DNA from: Bacillota bacterium
GTDB taxonomy: Bacteria > Bacillota > DTU025
DNA: 64,000 nucleotides
Direction of reading: 5' to 3'
Assembly (NCBI GenBank): GCA_050951805.1
Contig: JBMNJT010000003.1
Location: forward strand, 129,163 to 193,162
Shown piece by piece: positions 1-9,561 of the stretch. The notes under the pieces were generated by a model. The model was not told where the DNA came from, searched no databases, and worked only from the letters and a program-made list of their open reading frames with translations. A program made the position numbers and the translations under genes. Positions within the stretch are counted from its first letter, which is position 1. Each line of letters opens with the position of its first letter.

Positions 1-2
1 CG

Positions 3-437
3 ATGGGCGATGTTTCGCCGGTTGGCATGGATTTGGGGACGGCTGGAACTATGATGCGTCTCTCGCTCCCGTACGGCCTTGCTGCGGGGGCCGGCGATCG
101 CAGGAACTTGGCGAAGAGTGTCGAGCTCGAGACGGCCGGAGGGTCTGATGCCGCAGCTGAGGCCAGCGCTAGAGCCCGGGAAAACGAGAGGCTCGCGCAG
201 GCCTGTTCCGAGTTTGAGGCGATTTTTATCGAGATGATTCTCAAGTCGGCACGGGCTAGCATTCCCAAGGGTGGACTCTTCTCATCTGAAGAGGAGGAAC
301 TGGTCAGGGAGATGCTCGACTCCCAGCTTGCACAGGAGGTTGCCAAGGGCGGCGGAATCGGGCTTGCCAGGTTCATGGAGAGGAACATGACAGGCGATGG
401 CAAGGCGGTGAAGCAGGGTGGCGCTGGAGAACTGTAG
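3..437 (+). CDS. flgJ: FlgJ-like rod-binding domain protein (no muramidase domain)
   Basis: Rod-binding motif LAQACSEFEAIFIEMILKSAR...REMLDSQLAQEVAKGGGIGLA. The start may lie outside the window. Confidence 0.75.
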   Translation: MGDVSPVGMDLGTAGTMMRLSLPYGLAAGAGDRRNLAKSVELETAGGSDAAAEASARARENERLAQACSEFEAIFIEMILKSARASIPKGGLFSSEEEELVREMLDSQLAQEVAKGGGIGLARFMERNMTGDGKAVKQGGAGEL

Positions 438-882
438 CCGCTGCGGGAAGCTGTTCCATCGGATTTCGAAGCCGCTTTGCCCGGATTGCCTTGTGGAAGC
501 GGAAAAGCTTGCGGAGAAGGTAGTGGAGTACCTGAGAAGGCATTCCGGCGCAACCTTGACTGAAATTGCGGATGCTACTGGTGTGGACGAGGCATTTGTG
601 CTGGACCTTCTAAGGGATGGGCGGATAGAGATGGCTAGCGACGTTCGGCCGGTACTGTTCTGCCGAGCTTGTGGGGCGAGTATAGAGTCGGGCGTGTACT
701 GCGCCAAGTGCTTGGACAAGTTCGGGAAGGCCTTTTCGGGCAGGGGCTGCCCGGGAGGGCAAACAGGCCTTGGTCGGGGCGATGATGGTGAAAAGAGTCG
801 TTATAAGAGGGCACAATTAGGGGAAAGAGCTTCCGGGGCGCGGATGAGCGTTCCTGAACGCAGGAGAAAGGGTCGCGAGTGA
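418..882 (+). CDS. Flagellar operon protein, YvyF/TIGR03826-like (Zn-ribbon + HTH)
   Basis: N-terminal NCSRCGKLF...LCPDC, a second CRAC...YCAKC cysteine cluster, and position directly upstream of flgM as for B. subtilis yvyF. Confidence 0.8.
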   Translation: MALENCSRCGKLFHRISKPLCPDCLVEAEKLAEKVVEYLRRHSGATLTEIADATGVDEAFVLDLLRDGRIEMASDVRPVLFCRACGASIESGVYCAKCLDKFGKAFSGRGCPGGQTGLGRGDDGEKSRYKRAQLGERASGARMSVPERRRKGRE

Positions 883-902
883 AGCTTCGGTGGTCTATGG
901 GC

Positions 903-930
903 TAAAGTAAGGGCGGGGCCATGCCGATAC
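903..930 (+). promoter_or_regulatory. sigma28 (SigD/FliA) promoter for flgM
   Basis: TAAA (903-906), N16, GCCGATAC (923-930). Confidence 0.85.
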
Positions 931-951
931 ATAAGTTAGGACTCAAGAGAG

Positions 952-1284
952 GTGATGGCCTTGAAAATATCCGGAAGCCGGGGATTTGATCGGATCAACC
1001 TATACTCCCAACTGGCAAAGAAGGCTGAAAGGGCAGAACGAACGGGCGAGGTGAAGCCCGATGAGGTTGAGATCTCGGATAGGGGCAAGGAGATTCACCA
1101 CGCCATGCAGGCTCTGTCTTCCGTGTCCGATGTTCGGGACGACAAGGTTGAGGCTGTTCGTTCCCGCATTGAATCGGGCACATACGAGGTCAGCGGCAAA
1201 GATGTTGCTCGCAAGCTCTTTGCCGGGGCTGTGAGACGAGGTGACCTGGGTGGATTACGCAAAGGAAATGGCGAGGATTCTTAA
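952..1284 (+). CDS. flgM: Anti-sigma28 factor FlgM
   Basis: DEVEIS...VRDDKVEAVRSRIESGTYEVSGKDVARKL signature and operon position. Confidence 0.92.
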   Translation: MMALKISGSRGFDRINLYSQLAKKAERAERTGEVKPDEVEISDRGKEIHHAMQALSSVSDVRDDKVEAVRSRIESGTYEVSGKDVARKLFAGAVRRGDLGGLRKGNGEDS

Positions 1285-1750
1285 TCGCGAGTTTGCGCTA
1301 TGTTCGGAGTTGCTCTACGTGGCCAGGGCGCAGCGCAGCGTTATCACGTCAGGGGATGTTGCGGCCCTGGCTGAGCTAGTATCGAGGGCGGAAGAGATAA
1401 TAGGAGCCATCAGGGATGAGGAGATCGGTCTTGCTGATCTGGCAAAGCGTTGGGCAGACGAGACCGAAGTCGAAGTTGAAGATGCTGAACAAGCTCTCGC
1501 TGTCATGATTGCATCGTTCAAGGAAGAGGAGATGGCGGAGTTCGAGGTCCTTCGGGATTCGATCGCCGGCATCCTGGCGGAGATAGACTCGGCGAATGCA
1601 ATCAATGCAATGCTCATCCAAGATGCAATCGAATATATAGAGAATACCGTCAGGCTGATAGCTGAGGCGGATGGGACCAATTCGGTCTACAGCCGCTTGG
1701 GACGCATGGACAAGAAGGCTGTGTCTTCGGCAGTGGACGATACGGCTTAG
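1241..1750 (+). CDS. flgN: Flagellar export chaperone FlgN
   Basis: Helical protein between flgM and flgK with the N..NAMLIQDAIEYI...Y..G C-terminal pattern. Confidence 0.85.
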   Translation: MTWVDYAKEMARILNREFALCSELLYVARAQRSVITSGDVAALAELVSRAEEIIGAIRDEEIGLADLAKRWADETEVEVEDAEQALAVMIASFKEEEMAEFEVLRDSIAGILAEIDSANAINAMLIQDAIEYIENTVRLIAEADGTNSVYSRLGRMDKKAVSSAVDDTA

Positions 1751-1775
1751 CTGTATCAGATGGGGTGAAGCTCAA

Positions 1776-3104
1776 GTGTACTCTACATTCGTTGGACTGG
1801 AGACTGCGCGCAGGGCTCTCTACGCCCAGCGGGCGGCGATAGACATAACCGGGCACAATGTCTCTAACGTGAACACGCCGGGCTACAGAAGACAGAGGCC
1901 GGTCATTGAGGCAACTCCCCCCGCGCCAGGGGCGCTTCAGCCCGGAACAGGGGTGAAGGTGGCTGGGATTGAGCGGATGCGCGACCAATTCGTGGACACG
2001 CAGATAAGGCATACCCTGGCATCTTTGGGCAGGTGGGAAGCGCGCCAGGAGATTCTCGAGGAGATCCAGGAAGTATTCAAGGAGCCGAGCGATATTGGCA
2101 TCTCGGCGATGATGGACCGGTTCTGGATATCATGGCAGGAGCTTTCGGGCAATGCCACTGATCCGGGGAGGCGGACCAGTGTTCAGCAGGAGGCTATTTC
2201 GCTGGCGTCCGCTTTCAACTTGGCTGCCGCACAGCTCAATGAGACGAAAGCAGACATTGATCAGAATATCAAGTCGCTTGTACATCGAGTCAACACGACC
2301 GCTTCCAGCATTGCGGAGCTCAACCGGGAGATTGTCAGGGGAAATGTAGTCGGCGAAAACGTAGCGGACTTGCTGGACAGGCGGGATTATCTAGTTCAGC
2401 AGCTTGCGTCCGATGTCGACGTTGCGGTTGTGGAAGACAATAGCGGGCTCGTGCATGTTACTGTCGGGGGCAGGATCCTGGTGGCCGGGACTGATGCCAG
2501 GGAATTGGCTGAAGACGCCCTGATTACGGGTGGAAGGATAAAGGGCCTCAATGAGGCGGCCAACATGATAATCCCCGGATATCTCAAGGAACTGGACGAC
2601 CTTGCCAATGCGCTCATTGAGAAAATCAATGAGCAGCACATGGCCGGGTATGACCTCTTTGGAAACTCCGGGGGCGTCTTTTTTGAAGGAGAGGGCGCGG
2701 CGGGGATTCGTCTTTCAGAAGAGATAGAGGGGAATCCGGGGTTGATTGCGGCGGCAGATCAGACTGACAGCCCCGGCAATGGCAGGAACGCGTTGGCCAT
2801 GGCTCAGCTCAAGGATGGGCTCACTATGGTTGGGGGAACGGCCACGTTCCGCGACTTTTATGGTTCGATTCTGACAGGCCTCGGGCTTGAGACCCAGGAA
2901 TCGATGAGGTCGCGAGAGGTCTACGAAGGTGTGCTGGAGCAGCAAAAAGCGAGGCAGGAATCGGTATCCGGAGTTTCGCTGGATGAAGAGATGATCATGC
3001 TCATAAAGTACTCATCAGCGTTTGACGCGGCTGCTCGGTTGGTGACTGCGGTAGACGAGATGCTCGACAGGCTCATCAACGGAACGGGGCTTGTGGGAAG
3101 GTAG
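1776..3104 (+). CDS. flgK: Hook-associated protein 1 FlgK
   Basis: STFVGLETARRAL..QRAAIDITGHNVSNVNTPGYRRQ and C-terminal SGVSLDEEM. GTG start at 1776 after a GGGGTG Shine-Dalgarno (SD). Confidence 0.95.
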   Translation: MYSTFVGLETARRALYAQRAAIDITGHNVSNVNTPGYRRQRPVIEATPPAPGALQPGTGVKVAGIERMRDQFVDTQIRHTLASLGRWEARQEILEEIQEVFKEPSDIGISAMMDRFWISWQELSGNATDPGRRTSVQQEAISLASAFNLAAAQLNETKADIDQNIKSLVHRVNTTASSIAELNREIVRGNVVGENVADLLDRRDYLVQQLASDVDVAVVEDNSGLVHVTVGGRILVAGTDARELAEDALITGGRIKGLNEAANMIIPGYLKELDDLANALIEKINEQHMAGYDLFGNSGGVFFEGEGAAGIRLSEEIEGNPGLIAAADQTDSPGNGRNALAMAQLKDGLTMVGGTATFRDFYGSILTGLGLETQESMRSREVYEGVLEQQKARQESVSGVSLDEEMIMLIKYSSAFDAAARLVTAVDEMLDRLINGTGLVGR

Positions 3105-3180
3105 AGGCGGGCGCAGAGTGGCACAGGCCCTCTGGCGCGGGTTTGAGCGCAGCACATAGATGAGAAAGGGTGTTAGGGCC

Positions 3181-4089
3181 ATGCGGGTTACGAACAATGT
3201 CATGATGGAGCGGGCCATGCGCAATGTGAATGTGGCCTTTGAAAGATATGTGAAGCGTCAGGAGCAGCTGGCATCGGGCTGCTCGATAAACAGGCTTTCT
3301 GACGACCCGCACGGCGCTGCAAAGGCTGTAAGGCTTAGGTCTACCCTCAAAGGGCTCGAACAGTACAAGACCAATGCAGACATCGCGGATACGAAGCTCA
3401 GGGCTTATGACGGCGTTCTTGACAAGGTAGGCAGTATTATGAACCGCCTTAGGGATCTTGTGGGGCGCGCCGCCAGCGATACTGTGACTCCGACGGAACG
3501 GGACGGGATAGCTGTCGAGGTCAGGGAGCTGTTCGAGGAGGTTGTCAACGCAGGAAACGAGATGCACAATGGGGAGCATATGTTCGCCGGGCACAAGGTT
3601 GGACAGGCCCCCTTCAAGGTGGAGCGGGACGCGGATGGCAGGGTGACTGGCGTGTTGTACCACGGCGATTCCGGCAAGGACGCAATAGAGATAGGCCCCG
3701 GGATTGTGATCTCTGGAAGCCTTGCCGGGGATGAAGTTTTCATGGCGGACGGCGCCAATGTTTTCGATGCCATGATCGACATTGAAAGGCACCTCCGGGA
3801 AAACGATGTGGAGAGCCTGTCGGAAGAGGATCTTGGGCGTGTGGATGCAGTAGTTGACAACATTCTCAAGCATAGGGCCGAGATCGGCGGAAAGGGCAAG
3901 CGCCTTGAACTCGTAATGGACAGGCTTGAGAGTGATTCCATATCTATTGAAGGCCTTCTCAGCAAGACTGAGGATATCGATTTCGCAGAGGCTATAATGC
4001 GCCTGTGTGAGCAGGAGATAGTCTATTATGCTGCTCTGTCGGCAGCTTCGAAATCGGTGCAGGCAGGCTTGCTGCAATTTCTGAGATAG
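3181..4089 (+). CDS. flgL: Hook-associated protein 3 FlgL
   Basis: MRVTNN...QLASG..INRLSDDP flagellin-like N-terminus and EDIDFAEAI...LLQFLR C-terminus. Confidence 0.95.
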   Translation: MRVTNNVMMERAMRNVNVAFERYVKRQEQLASGCSINRLSDDPHGAAKAVRLRSTLKGLEQYKTNADIADTKLRAYDGVLDKVGSIMNRLRDLVGRAASDTVTPTERDGIAVEVRELFEEVVNAGNEMHNGEHMFAGHKVGQAPFKVERDADGRVTGVLYHGDSGKDAIEIGPGIVISGSLAGDEVFMADGANVFDAMIDIERHLRENDVESLSEEDLGRVDAVVDNILKHRAEIGGKGKRLELVMDRLESDSISIEGLLSKTEDIDFAEAIMRLCEQEIVYYAALSAASKSVQAGLLQFLR

Positions 4090-4102
4090 GGGGGCGTCAC
4101 AA

Positions 4103-4585
4103 GTGGAACATGGATTCGATGCGGAAGAGATTCAGCTTGTAGTCTTCGAGCTGGCTGATGAATCCTATGGCGTGGAGATCTCCCGGGTGCAGGACATCAA
4201 CAGGATGCAGGAGATAACGGAGATACCTCATGCGCCGGAATCGGTAGTTGGCGTCATCAATCTTCGCGGGCGGGTTATACCCGTAGTCGACCTCAGGACG
4301 AGGTTTGGGCTTCCTCCTGCGGAGCACACGAAGTCCACGAGGATAGTCGTTGTGCAGATGGGAGAGGAGCCGATAGGGATGATTGTGGACGCAGTCTCCC
4401 AGGTGCTTCGCATACCCACGAAGATAATCGAACCGCCTTCTCCTGTTCTTTCCGGTGTTGATTCGAGGTATCTGCGGGGCATAGCGAAACTCGAGGACGA
4501 GCTCGTGATCTTGCTCGACCTCGACTACGTGCTTTCCAAAGACGAACAGGAGTTTATCAGCGAGGCAATGGCCGAGAGCGTATAG
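4103..4585 (+). CDS. cheW: Chemotaxis coupling protein CheW
   Basis: QLVVFEL..ESYGVEI..V..I and GVINLRGRVIPVVDLR. Confidence 0.97.
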   Translation: MEHGFDAEEIQLVVFELADESYGVEISRVQDINRMQEITEIPHAPESVVGVINLRGRVIPVVDLRTRFGLPPAEHTKSTRIVVVQMGEEPIGMIVDAVSQVLRIPTKIIEPPSPVLSGVDSRYLRGIAKLEDELVILLDLDYVLSKDEQEFISEAMAESV

Positions 4586-4596
4586 GGGGCAGTCCG

Positions 4597-6768
4597 ATGC
4601 TGGAATTTCCGGGCATGACGGCCGATGACATCAAGGTGTTTTTGATAGAAGCAGAAGAGCAACTTCAGTCCCTTGAAGACGGTTTGCTCGAGTTGGAGCA
4701 GGCCGGCGAGGACGATGAGGTCATTGGGCAAATATTCAGAGCTGCGCATACTCTCAAGGGTTCGTCTGCCACACTTGGCCACGACAAAATGGCTAATCTG
4801 ACACATTCTATGGAGAGTGTGCTCGACCTGGTTCGAAAATCGCAGCTCGAGGTGGGCCCTGATCTCATGGATGTCCTCTTCGAATGCTTGGACGTGCTCA
4901 GAGTGCTCAATCGTGAAGTCGAGACGGGCCAAGAGAGCGGAGAGGACATTACCGTGCTTACCGGGCGCCTGCTCGACATAATCGCATTTGCCGAAGAGGG
5001 AGGCTCGGGTTGCATCAGTGGTGAAAGCGAAGCGGGGGGATCCGGCGCCCAGTCTACCATGACCGTCGTTGATGGCGGCATTATGCACGGCCCGGGCGAT
5101 GTGGAGCTTCGCATCGCTTTCGCAGATACTTGTCAGATGCCTTCGGTCAGGGCTTACCAGGTTGTCGATAGGCTGTCGGTGATGGGGAATATAATCTATA
5201 CCAGGCCTTCGATGGAACTGATCGAGGCGGGGCAGGACATAGGTGAGCTGACTGTGGCCATTGAGTGGGACGGCGATTCGCCGCAGCCCCTTGTTGAGGC
5301 CGCTATGGATGTTTCAGATGTAAAGTCGGCTCTGGTAGTTCAGGTGAGGCCTGCAGGCTCGCTAAAAGGAGAGGTCGATGCTGCTGCGGAGGCGTCGCGC
5401 GCGACTGTGGCTTCAGGGCCCAAGGAAAGTGAGCCCACGGGTGTTGAGGCTGGGCGTAAGGCCGGTGTGAATAGGGGTTCAAGGTCTGCAACGTCGACTC
5501 GGGCCACTACTGTGAGGGTGGATGTGGCGCGGCTCGACGCGTTGTCGAATCTCGTGGCGGAGTTGGTGATCGACCGCACGCACCTGGCTCAGCTCGAATC
5601 GAAGTTGGCGGAGAAACATGGCGGGGACGAGCTTGTGGCGGAGCTGAACAGGACATCCACTCACATAGGGAGGCTCACCACTGAGCTTCAGGAGGCCATA
5701 AACAAGGCCAGAATGTTCCCGATAGACAATGTTTTCAGGCGTTTTCCGAGAATGGTGAGGGATCTCGCGCAGAGCCAGGGAAAAGAGATCGACTTCATCA
5801 TAGAGGGTGAAGATACAGAGCTCGACAGATCAGTCTCGGAGGAGATAGGGGATCCTCTGATCCACTTGATCCGAAACGCTGTGGGCCACGGTATAGAGAC
5901 GCCGGAGGAGAGAGTCGCCGCGGGAAAGGCGCCCAAAGGGACTGTGAGGCTCTCTGCTTTTCATCAGGAAAATTACATAGTCATAGAAATTGCCGATGAC
6001 GGGCGGGGGATAGATCCTGAGGCGGTCAAGGAATCCGCTATCCGAAAAGGCCTGATCTCGGAGGAGGCAGCGGCGAGGATGTCTGACCGGGACGCGGTCA
6101 ACCTCATCTTTTCGCCGGGGCTTTCCACTAGCAAGAAGGTGGATGATGTCTCCGGGCGTGGCGTGGGCATGGATATTGTCCGAAAGAACATAGAACGGCT
6201 CAATGGCTCCATTTCCATAAATACACGTTTGGGAGAAGGCTCCACTTTTACTGTGAAACTTCCGCTCACCCTGGCGATAATCAGGGCGCTGCTGGTCGCC
6301 TACGATTCTCGAATTTACGCGATTCCTCTGGCTTCGGTGATGGAGATCACTAGGATAGAGCCTTCTGACATCCATACGGTGCACAAGCGCGAGGCCATAC
6401 GGCTGAGGGGAGATGTAATACCCCTGCTATGGCTGGGTGAGATCTTTTCCAAAAGAGGCGAGGAGCGCGGGGCGGCTGAATGGATGGCAGCTGACGGTCG
6501 GCCTGAGGATGGCGCTGCAGGAGAGGCGCAGTCGAGACGGATGTTCGCGGTGATCACCTCTTCTCATGAAGGCCAAGTCGGCCTCGTTGTCGATTCTTTG
6601 GTGGGCGAGATGGAGATAGTCATCAAAAGCCTGGGTTCTTTTATTGGAAACATTCCGGGGGTATCCGGCGTTACTATCCTGGGAGATGGGAGGGTAGCGC
6701 TGATACTGGATATTCCCAGCCTTGTCAGGAGAGTGGTGGAAGAGAGAAATGGCGCTGAACGGGGCTAA
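4597..6768 (+). CDS. cheA: Chemotaxis histidine kinase CheA
   Basis: Hpt motif IFRAAHTLKGSS, HLIRNAVGHGIE, DDGRGI, SGRGVGMDIV and a C-terminal CheW-like domain. Confidence 0.98.
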   Translation: MLEFPGMTADDIKVFLIEAEEQLQSLEDGLLELEQAGEDDEVIGQIFRAAHTLKGSSATLGHDKMANLTHSMESVLDLVRKSQLEVGPDLMDVLFECLDVLRVLNREVETGQESGEDITVLTGRLLDIIAFAEEGGSGCISGESEAGGSGAQSTMTVVDGGIMHGPGDVELRIAFADTCQMPSVRAYQVVDRLSVMGNIIYTRPSMELIEAGQDIGELTVAIEWDGDSPQPLVEAAMDVSDVKSALVVQVRPAGSLKGEVDAAAEASRATVASGPKESEPTGVEAGRKAGVNRGSRSATSTRATTVRVDVARLDALSNLVAELVIDRTHLAQLESKLAEKHGGDELVAELNRTSTHIGRLTTELQEAINKARMFPIDNVFRRFPRMVRDLAQSQGKEIDFIIEGEDTELDRSVSEEIGDPLIHLIRNAVGHGIETPEERVAAGKAPKGTVRLSAFHQENYIVIEIADDGRGIDPEAVKESAIRKGLISEEAAARMSDRDAVNLIFSPGLSTSKKVDDVSGRGVGMDIVRKNIERLNGSISINTRLGEGSTFTVKLPLTLAIIRALLVAYDSRIYAIPLASVMEITRIEPSDIHTVHKREAIRLRGDVIPLLWLGEIFSKRGEERGAAEWMAADGRPEDGAAGEAQSRRMFAVITSSHEGQVGLVVDSLVGEMEIVIKSLGSFIGNIPGVSGVTILGDGRVALILDIPSLVRRVVEERNGAERG

Positions 6769-7261
6769 AGATGTAGTACCGATCGGAATTGGCGAGATGC
6801 ATGTGTCGGACAAGCCAGGGGATGTTCTTGTTGCATACGGGCTCGGATCGTGTGTGGGCGTGGTCATTCATGACCCTATCGGGAAGGTCGGAGGAATGGT
6901 CCATGTGGCTTTGCCCGAGTCGCTTTCCGCCCCAAGGAGCGAGGAACGTCCTGATGCGAGGAGATACGCGGATGTGGGCGTTCCCATGCTCGTAGGCGAG
7001 GTGCTGAGGCTCGGAGGAATGAAGGCGAGGCTCGTGGCCCGGATCGCCGGAGGGGCAAAGATGTTTGACGTCACACCTGAGTTGGAATTCATGGATATCG
7101 GGGCGCGCAATTCCGTAGCTGTAAGGGCGGAGCTTGAGGCGATGGGGATTCCGATTGTCGCCGAGGACATAGGCGGGGCCGACGGGCGCACACTTCGCTA
7201 TGTTGTCGGCAGGGAGCAGGTTTTTGTCCGAAAGCTTGGGATGCGAGAGGTGGAGCTTTAG
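6749..7261 (+). CDS. cheD: Chemoreceptor glutamine deamidase CheD
   Basis: GLGSCVGV, GGMVHVALP, AGGAKMF, IGARN, EDIGG..GRT. Confidence 0.95.
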   Translation: MALNGAKDVVPIGIGEMHVSDKPGDVLVAYGLGSCVGVVIHDPIGKVGGMVHVALPESLSAPRSEERPDARRYADVGVPMLVGEVLRLGGMKARLVARIAGGAKMFDVTPELEFMDIGARNSVAVRAELEAMGIPIVAEDIGGADGRTLRYVVGREQVFVRKLGMREVEL

Positions 7262-7283
7262 CTTCAGTGGGGGTGTTTGGCAG

Positions 7284-7640
7284 GTGCCGACTGTCCTTGT
7301 TGTAGATGATGCTGCTTTCATGAGAATGAGGGCCGGGAAACTCTTGAGCCAGAGTGGCTACGAGGTGATTGAGGCAGAAAACGGGCTCGATGCGTTAAAC
7401 AAGTACACGGAGTACGAGCCTGACTTGGTCCTTATGGACATAACCATGCCTGTTATGGACGGTCTGACCGCGGTGCGGGAGATACGCCAGGTCGATCCGG
7501 AGGCGAAGATCATAATGGTATCTGCCATGGGGCAGCAGGCCATGGTGATCGAGGCGATCAAATTGGGGGCCAAGGATTTCATCGTGAAGCCTTATGAGCC
7601 TGATAATGTCCTGGCTTCGGTGAAGAAGTTGATAGGCTGA
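7284..7640 (+). CDS. cheY: Chemotaxis response regulator CheY
   Basis: VLVVDDAAFMR, MDITMPVMDG, SAMGQQAMV..AI..GAKDFIVKP (Bacillota-type CheY). GTG start at 7284. Confidence 0.93.
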   Translation: MPTVLVVDDAAFMRMRAGKLLSQSGYEVIEAENGLDALNKYTEYEPDLVLMDITMPVMDGLTAVREIRQVDPEAKIIMVSAMGQQAMVIEAIKLGAKDFIVKPYEPDNVLASVKKLIG

Positions 7641-8707
7641 TGATGCCCATATCAGTGCTGGTTGTCGATGACTCTGCATTCATGCGCAAGGTCGTATCGG
7701 AGATGATTGCCTCCGATCCGGAGCTTTCTGTGGCGGGCACGGCCAGGGACGGCAAGGACGCCATAGAGAAGGCTAGGTCCGTGAGGCCTGATGTGATTAC
7801 TTTGGATGTGGAGATGCCCGTCATGGACGGGCTCGAAGCTCTGCCAGTGCTAGCCGGGGAGCTTGGGATACCAGTGGTGATGCTTTCCAGCCTCACGCAG
7901 GAGGGGGCGGAGGTAACCCTTCGGGCGCTCGGCCTTGGAGCCATCGATTTTGTGCCCAAGCCTTCAGGCGCAATCTCCCTCGACATCGACGTTGTCAGAG
8001 AAGACCTGCTAACCAAGGTGAAGGCGGCAGCGAAGGTGTCGTCTGCACGGGTGCGGGGGCTTGCGAGGGACGCGCGGGTTCCATCGACGGGGTTGGGCCG
8101 CGAGGTTAAAGAGGCCAAGTCCGGGGCGAGGGCGGCCCGGGCAAGAAATGTAGTTGTGATCGGGACTTCAACCGGAGGTCCGAGGGCCCTTACGCAAGTG
8201 GTGCCATGGCTTCCTCCAAATCTGCCTGCCGGGGTGCTCATTGTGCAACACATGCCGGCGGGATTCACGAAGTCTTTGGCTGACAGGTTGAACCAGACGT
8301 CGAAGATAAGGGTGCTTGAGGCCCAGGGGGGCGAGGCCATAACTGAAGGTGTGGCGCTCATAGCTCAGGGAGGACTGCATATGGTGGTGGAGCCTGATGG
8401 TACTGTTAGGCTAGACTCGAGTCCGCCCATGCATGGTGTGAGGCCTGCCGTCGATTTGACTATGAATTCCGCCGTCGACCTTTTTGGGAAAAAGACGGTG
8501 GGTGTGATAATGACCGGGATGGGATCTGACGGGGCCGACGCCATGGCGCGGGTCAAGCGGATGGGCGGCAAGACCGTGTGCGAACACGAGTCCACTTGCG
8601 TGGTATACGGCATGCCAAGGGCAGTTGTTGAGCGGGGAGATGCCGACAGGGTGGTTCCGCTCCCTAAGATTGCCGATGAGATTGTAGATGCTGTTCTTTC
8701 ATTATAA
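7640..8707 (+). CDS. cheB: Chemotaxis response regulator methylesterase CheB
   Basis: REC domain plus the catalytic triad motifs GTSTGGP, VQHMP and MTGMGSDG. Confidence 0.97.
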   Translation: MMPISVLVVDDSAFMRKVVSEMIASDPELSVAGTARDGKDAIEKARSVRPDVITLDVEMPVMDGLEALPVLAGELGIPVVMLSSLTQEGAEVTLRALGLGAIDFVPKPSGAISLDIDVVREDLLTKVKAAAKVSSARVRGLARDARVPSTGLGREVKEAKSGARAARARNVVVIGTSTGGPRALTQVVPWLPPNLPAGVLIVQHMPAGFTKSLADRLNQTSKIRVLEAQGGEAITEGVALIAQGGLHMVVEPDGTVRLDSSPPMHGVRPAVDLTMNSAVDLFGKKTVGVIMTGMGSDGADAMARVKRMGGKTVCEHESTCVVYGMPRAVVERGDADRVVPLPKIADEIVDAVLSL

Positions 8708-8742
8708 TCACTGAAGTTATGCTTGAGTGAGCCCGTGAGGTA

Positions 8743-9561
8743 TTGCATATGAGCCTTGTTGACAACGCAGATTACGAGGTCTTCCGCAGGAAGGTACTTG
8801 CGCTGACCGGAATTGACCTCGGACTTTATAAGTCCCAGCAGATGCAGAGGCGCATAGGGAGCCTGATGGAAAGGGCTGGTGTTTCCACGTTCGCTGCCTA
8901 TGGCGACCTATTGGGGCGCGATCGGGCAGAGCTGGATCGGTTCTGCGACTACATAACGATAAATGTGTCGGAGTTTTTCCGGAATCCCGAGAAATTCGAT
9001 GAACTTGAGCGGGAGATACTGCCTGAGCTCCTTGCGAGGTCTCGAAACCTCAGTATTTGGAGCGCAGGGTGTTCCAATGGTGCAGAGATCTATTCGGTGG
9101 CCATGATCCTTCAGGAGATAGCTCCTAGAGGATACCATCGCCTCCTCGGAACCGACATCGATACCGGGATTCTTTCAAAGGCACTAGCAGGAGTCTATGG
9201 CCCACAGGACGTGCGAAACGTGTCGGCGGCGAGGATGGCCAAGTACTTTAAGGCGGACGGGGAGTCGTACGTGCTTTCGCCTGAAATAAGGTCGAAGGTG
9301 CAATTTAAGATGCACAACCTGTTGTCGGATCCCTTTGAGAGAGGTTTTGACCTGATAATCTGCAGAAATGTCGTGATCTACTTCACAGATGAAGCGAAGC
9401 AAGATCTTTACGGCAAGTTCTGGGAAAGCCTCAAGGATGACGGAGTGTTGTTTATCGGAGGGACTGAGACTATTCTCAATGCAAAAGACATAGGATTTGC
9501 GCCGATGGCGTCGTTTTTCTATAAGAAGGTTCCTGTTCGGAAGGAAGTTGGCGTGGGATGA
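8743..9561 (+). CDS. cheR: Chemotaxis methyltransferase CheR
   Basis: ITINVSEFFRN, IWSAGCSNGAEIYS, GTDID, FDLIICRNVVIYF. Confidence 0.96.
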   Translation: MHMSLVDNADYEVFRRKVLALTGIDLGLYKSQQMQRRIGSLMERAGVSTFAAYGDLLGRDRAELDRFCDYITINVSEFFRNPEKFDELEREILPELLARSRNLSIWSAGCSNGAEIYSVAMILQEIAPRGYHRLLGTDIDTGILSKALAGVYGPQDVRNVSAARMAKYFKADGESYVLSPEIRSKVQFKMHNLLSDPFERGFDLIICRNVVIYFTDEAKQDLYGKFWESLKDDGVLFIGGTETILNAKDIGFAPMASFFYKKVPVRKEVGVG

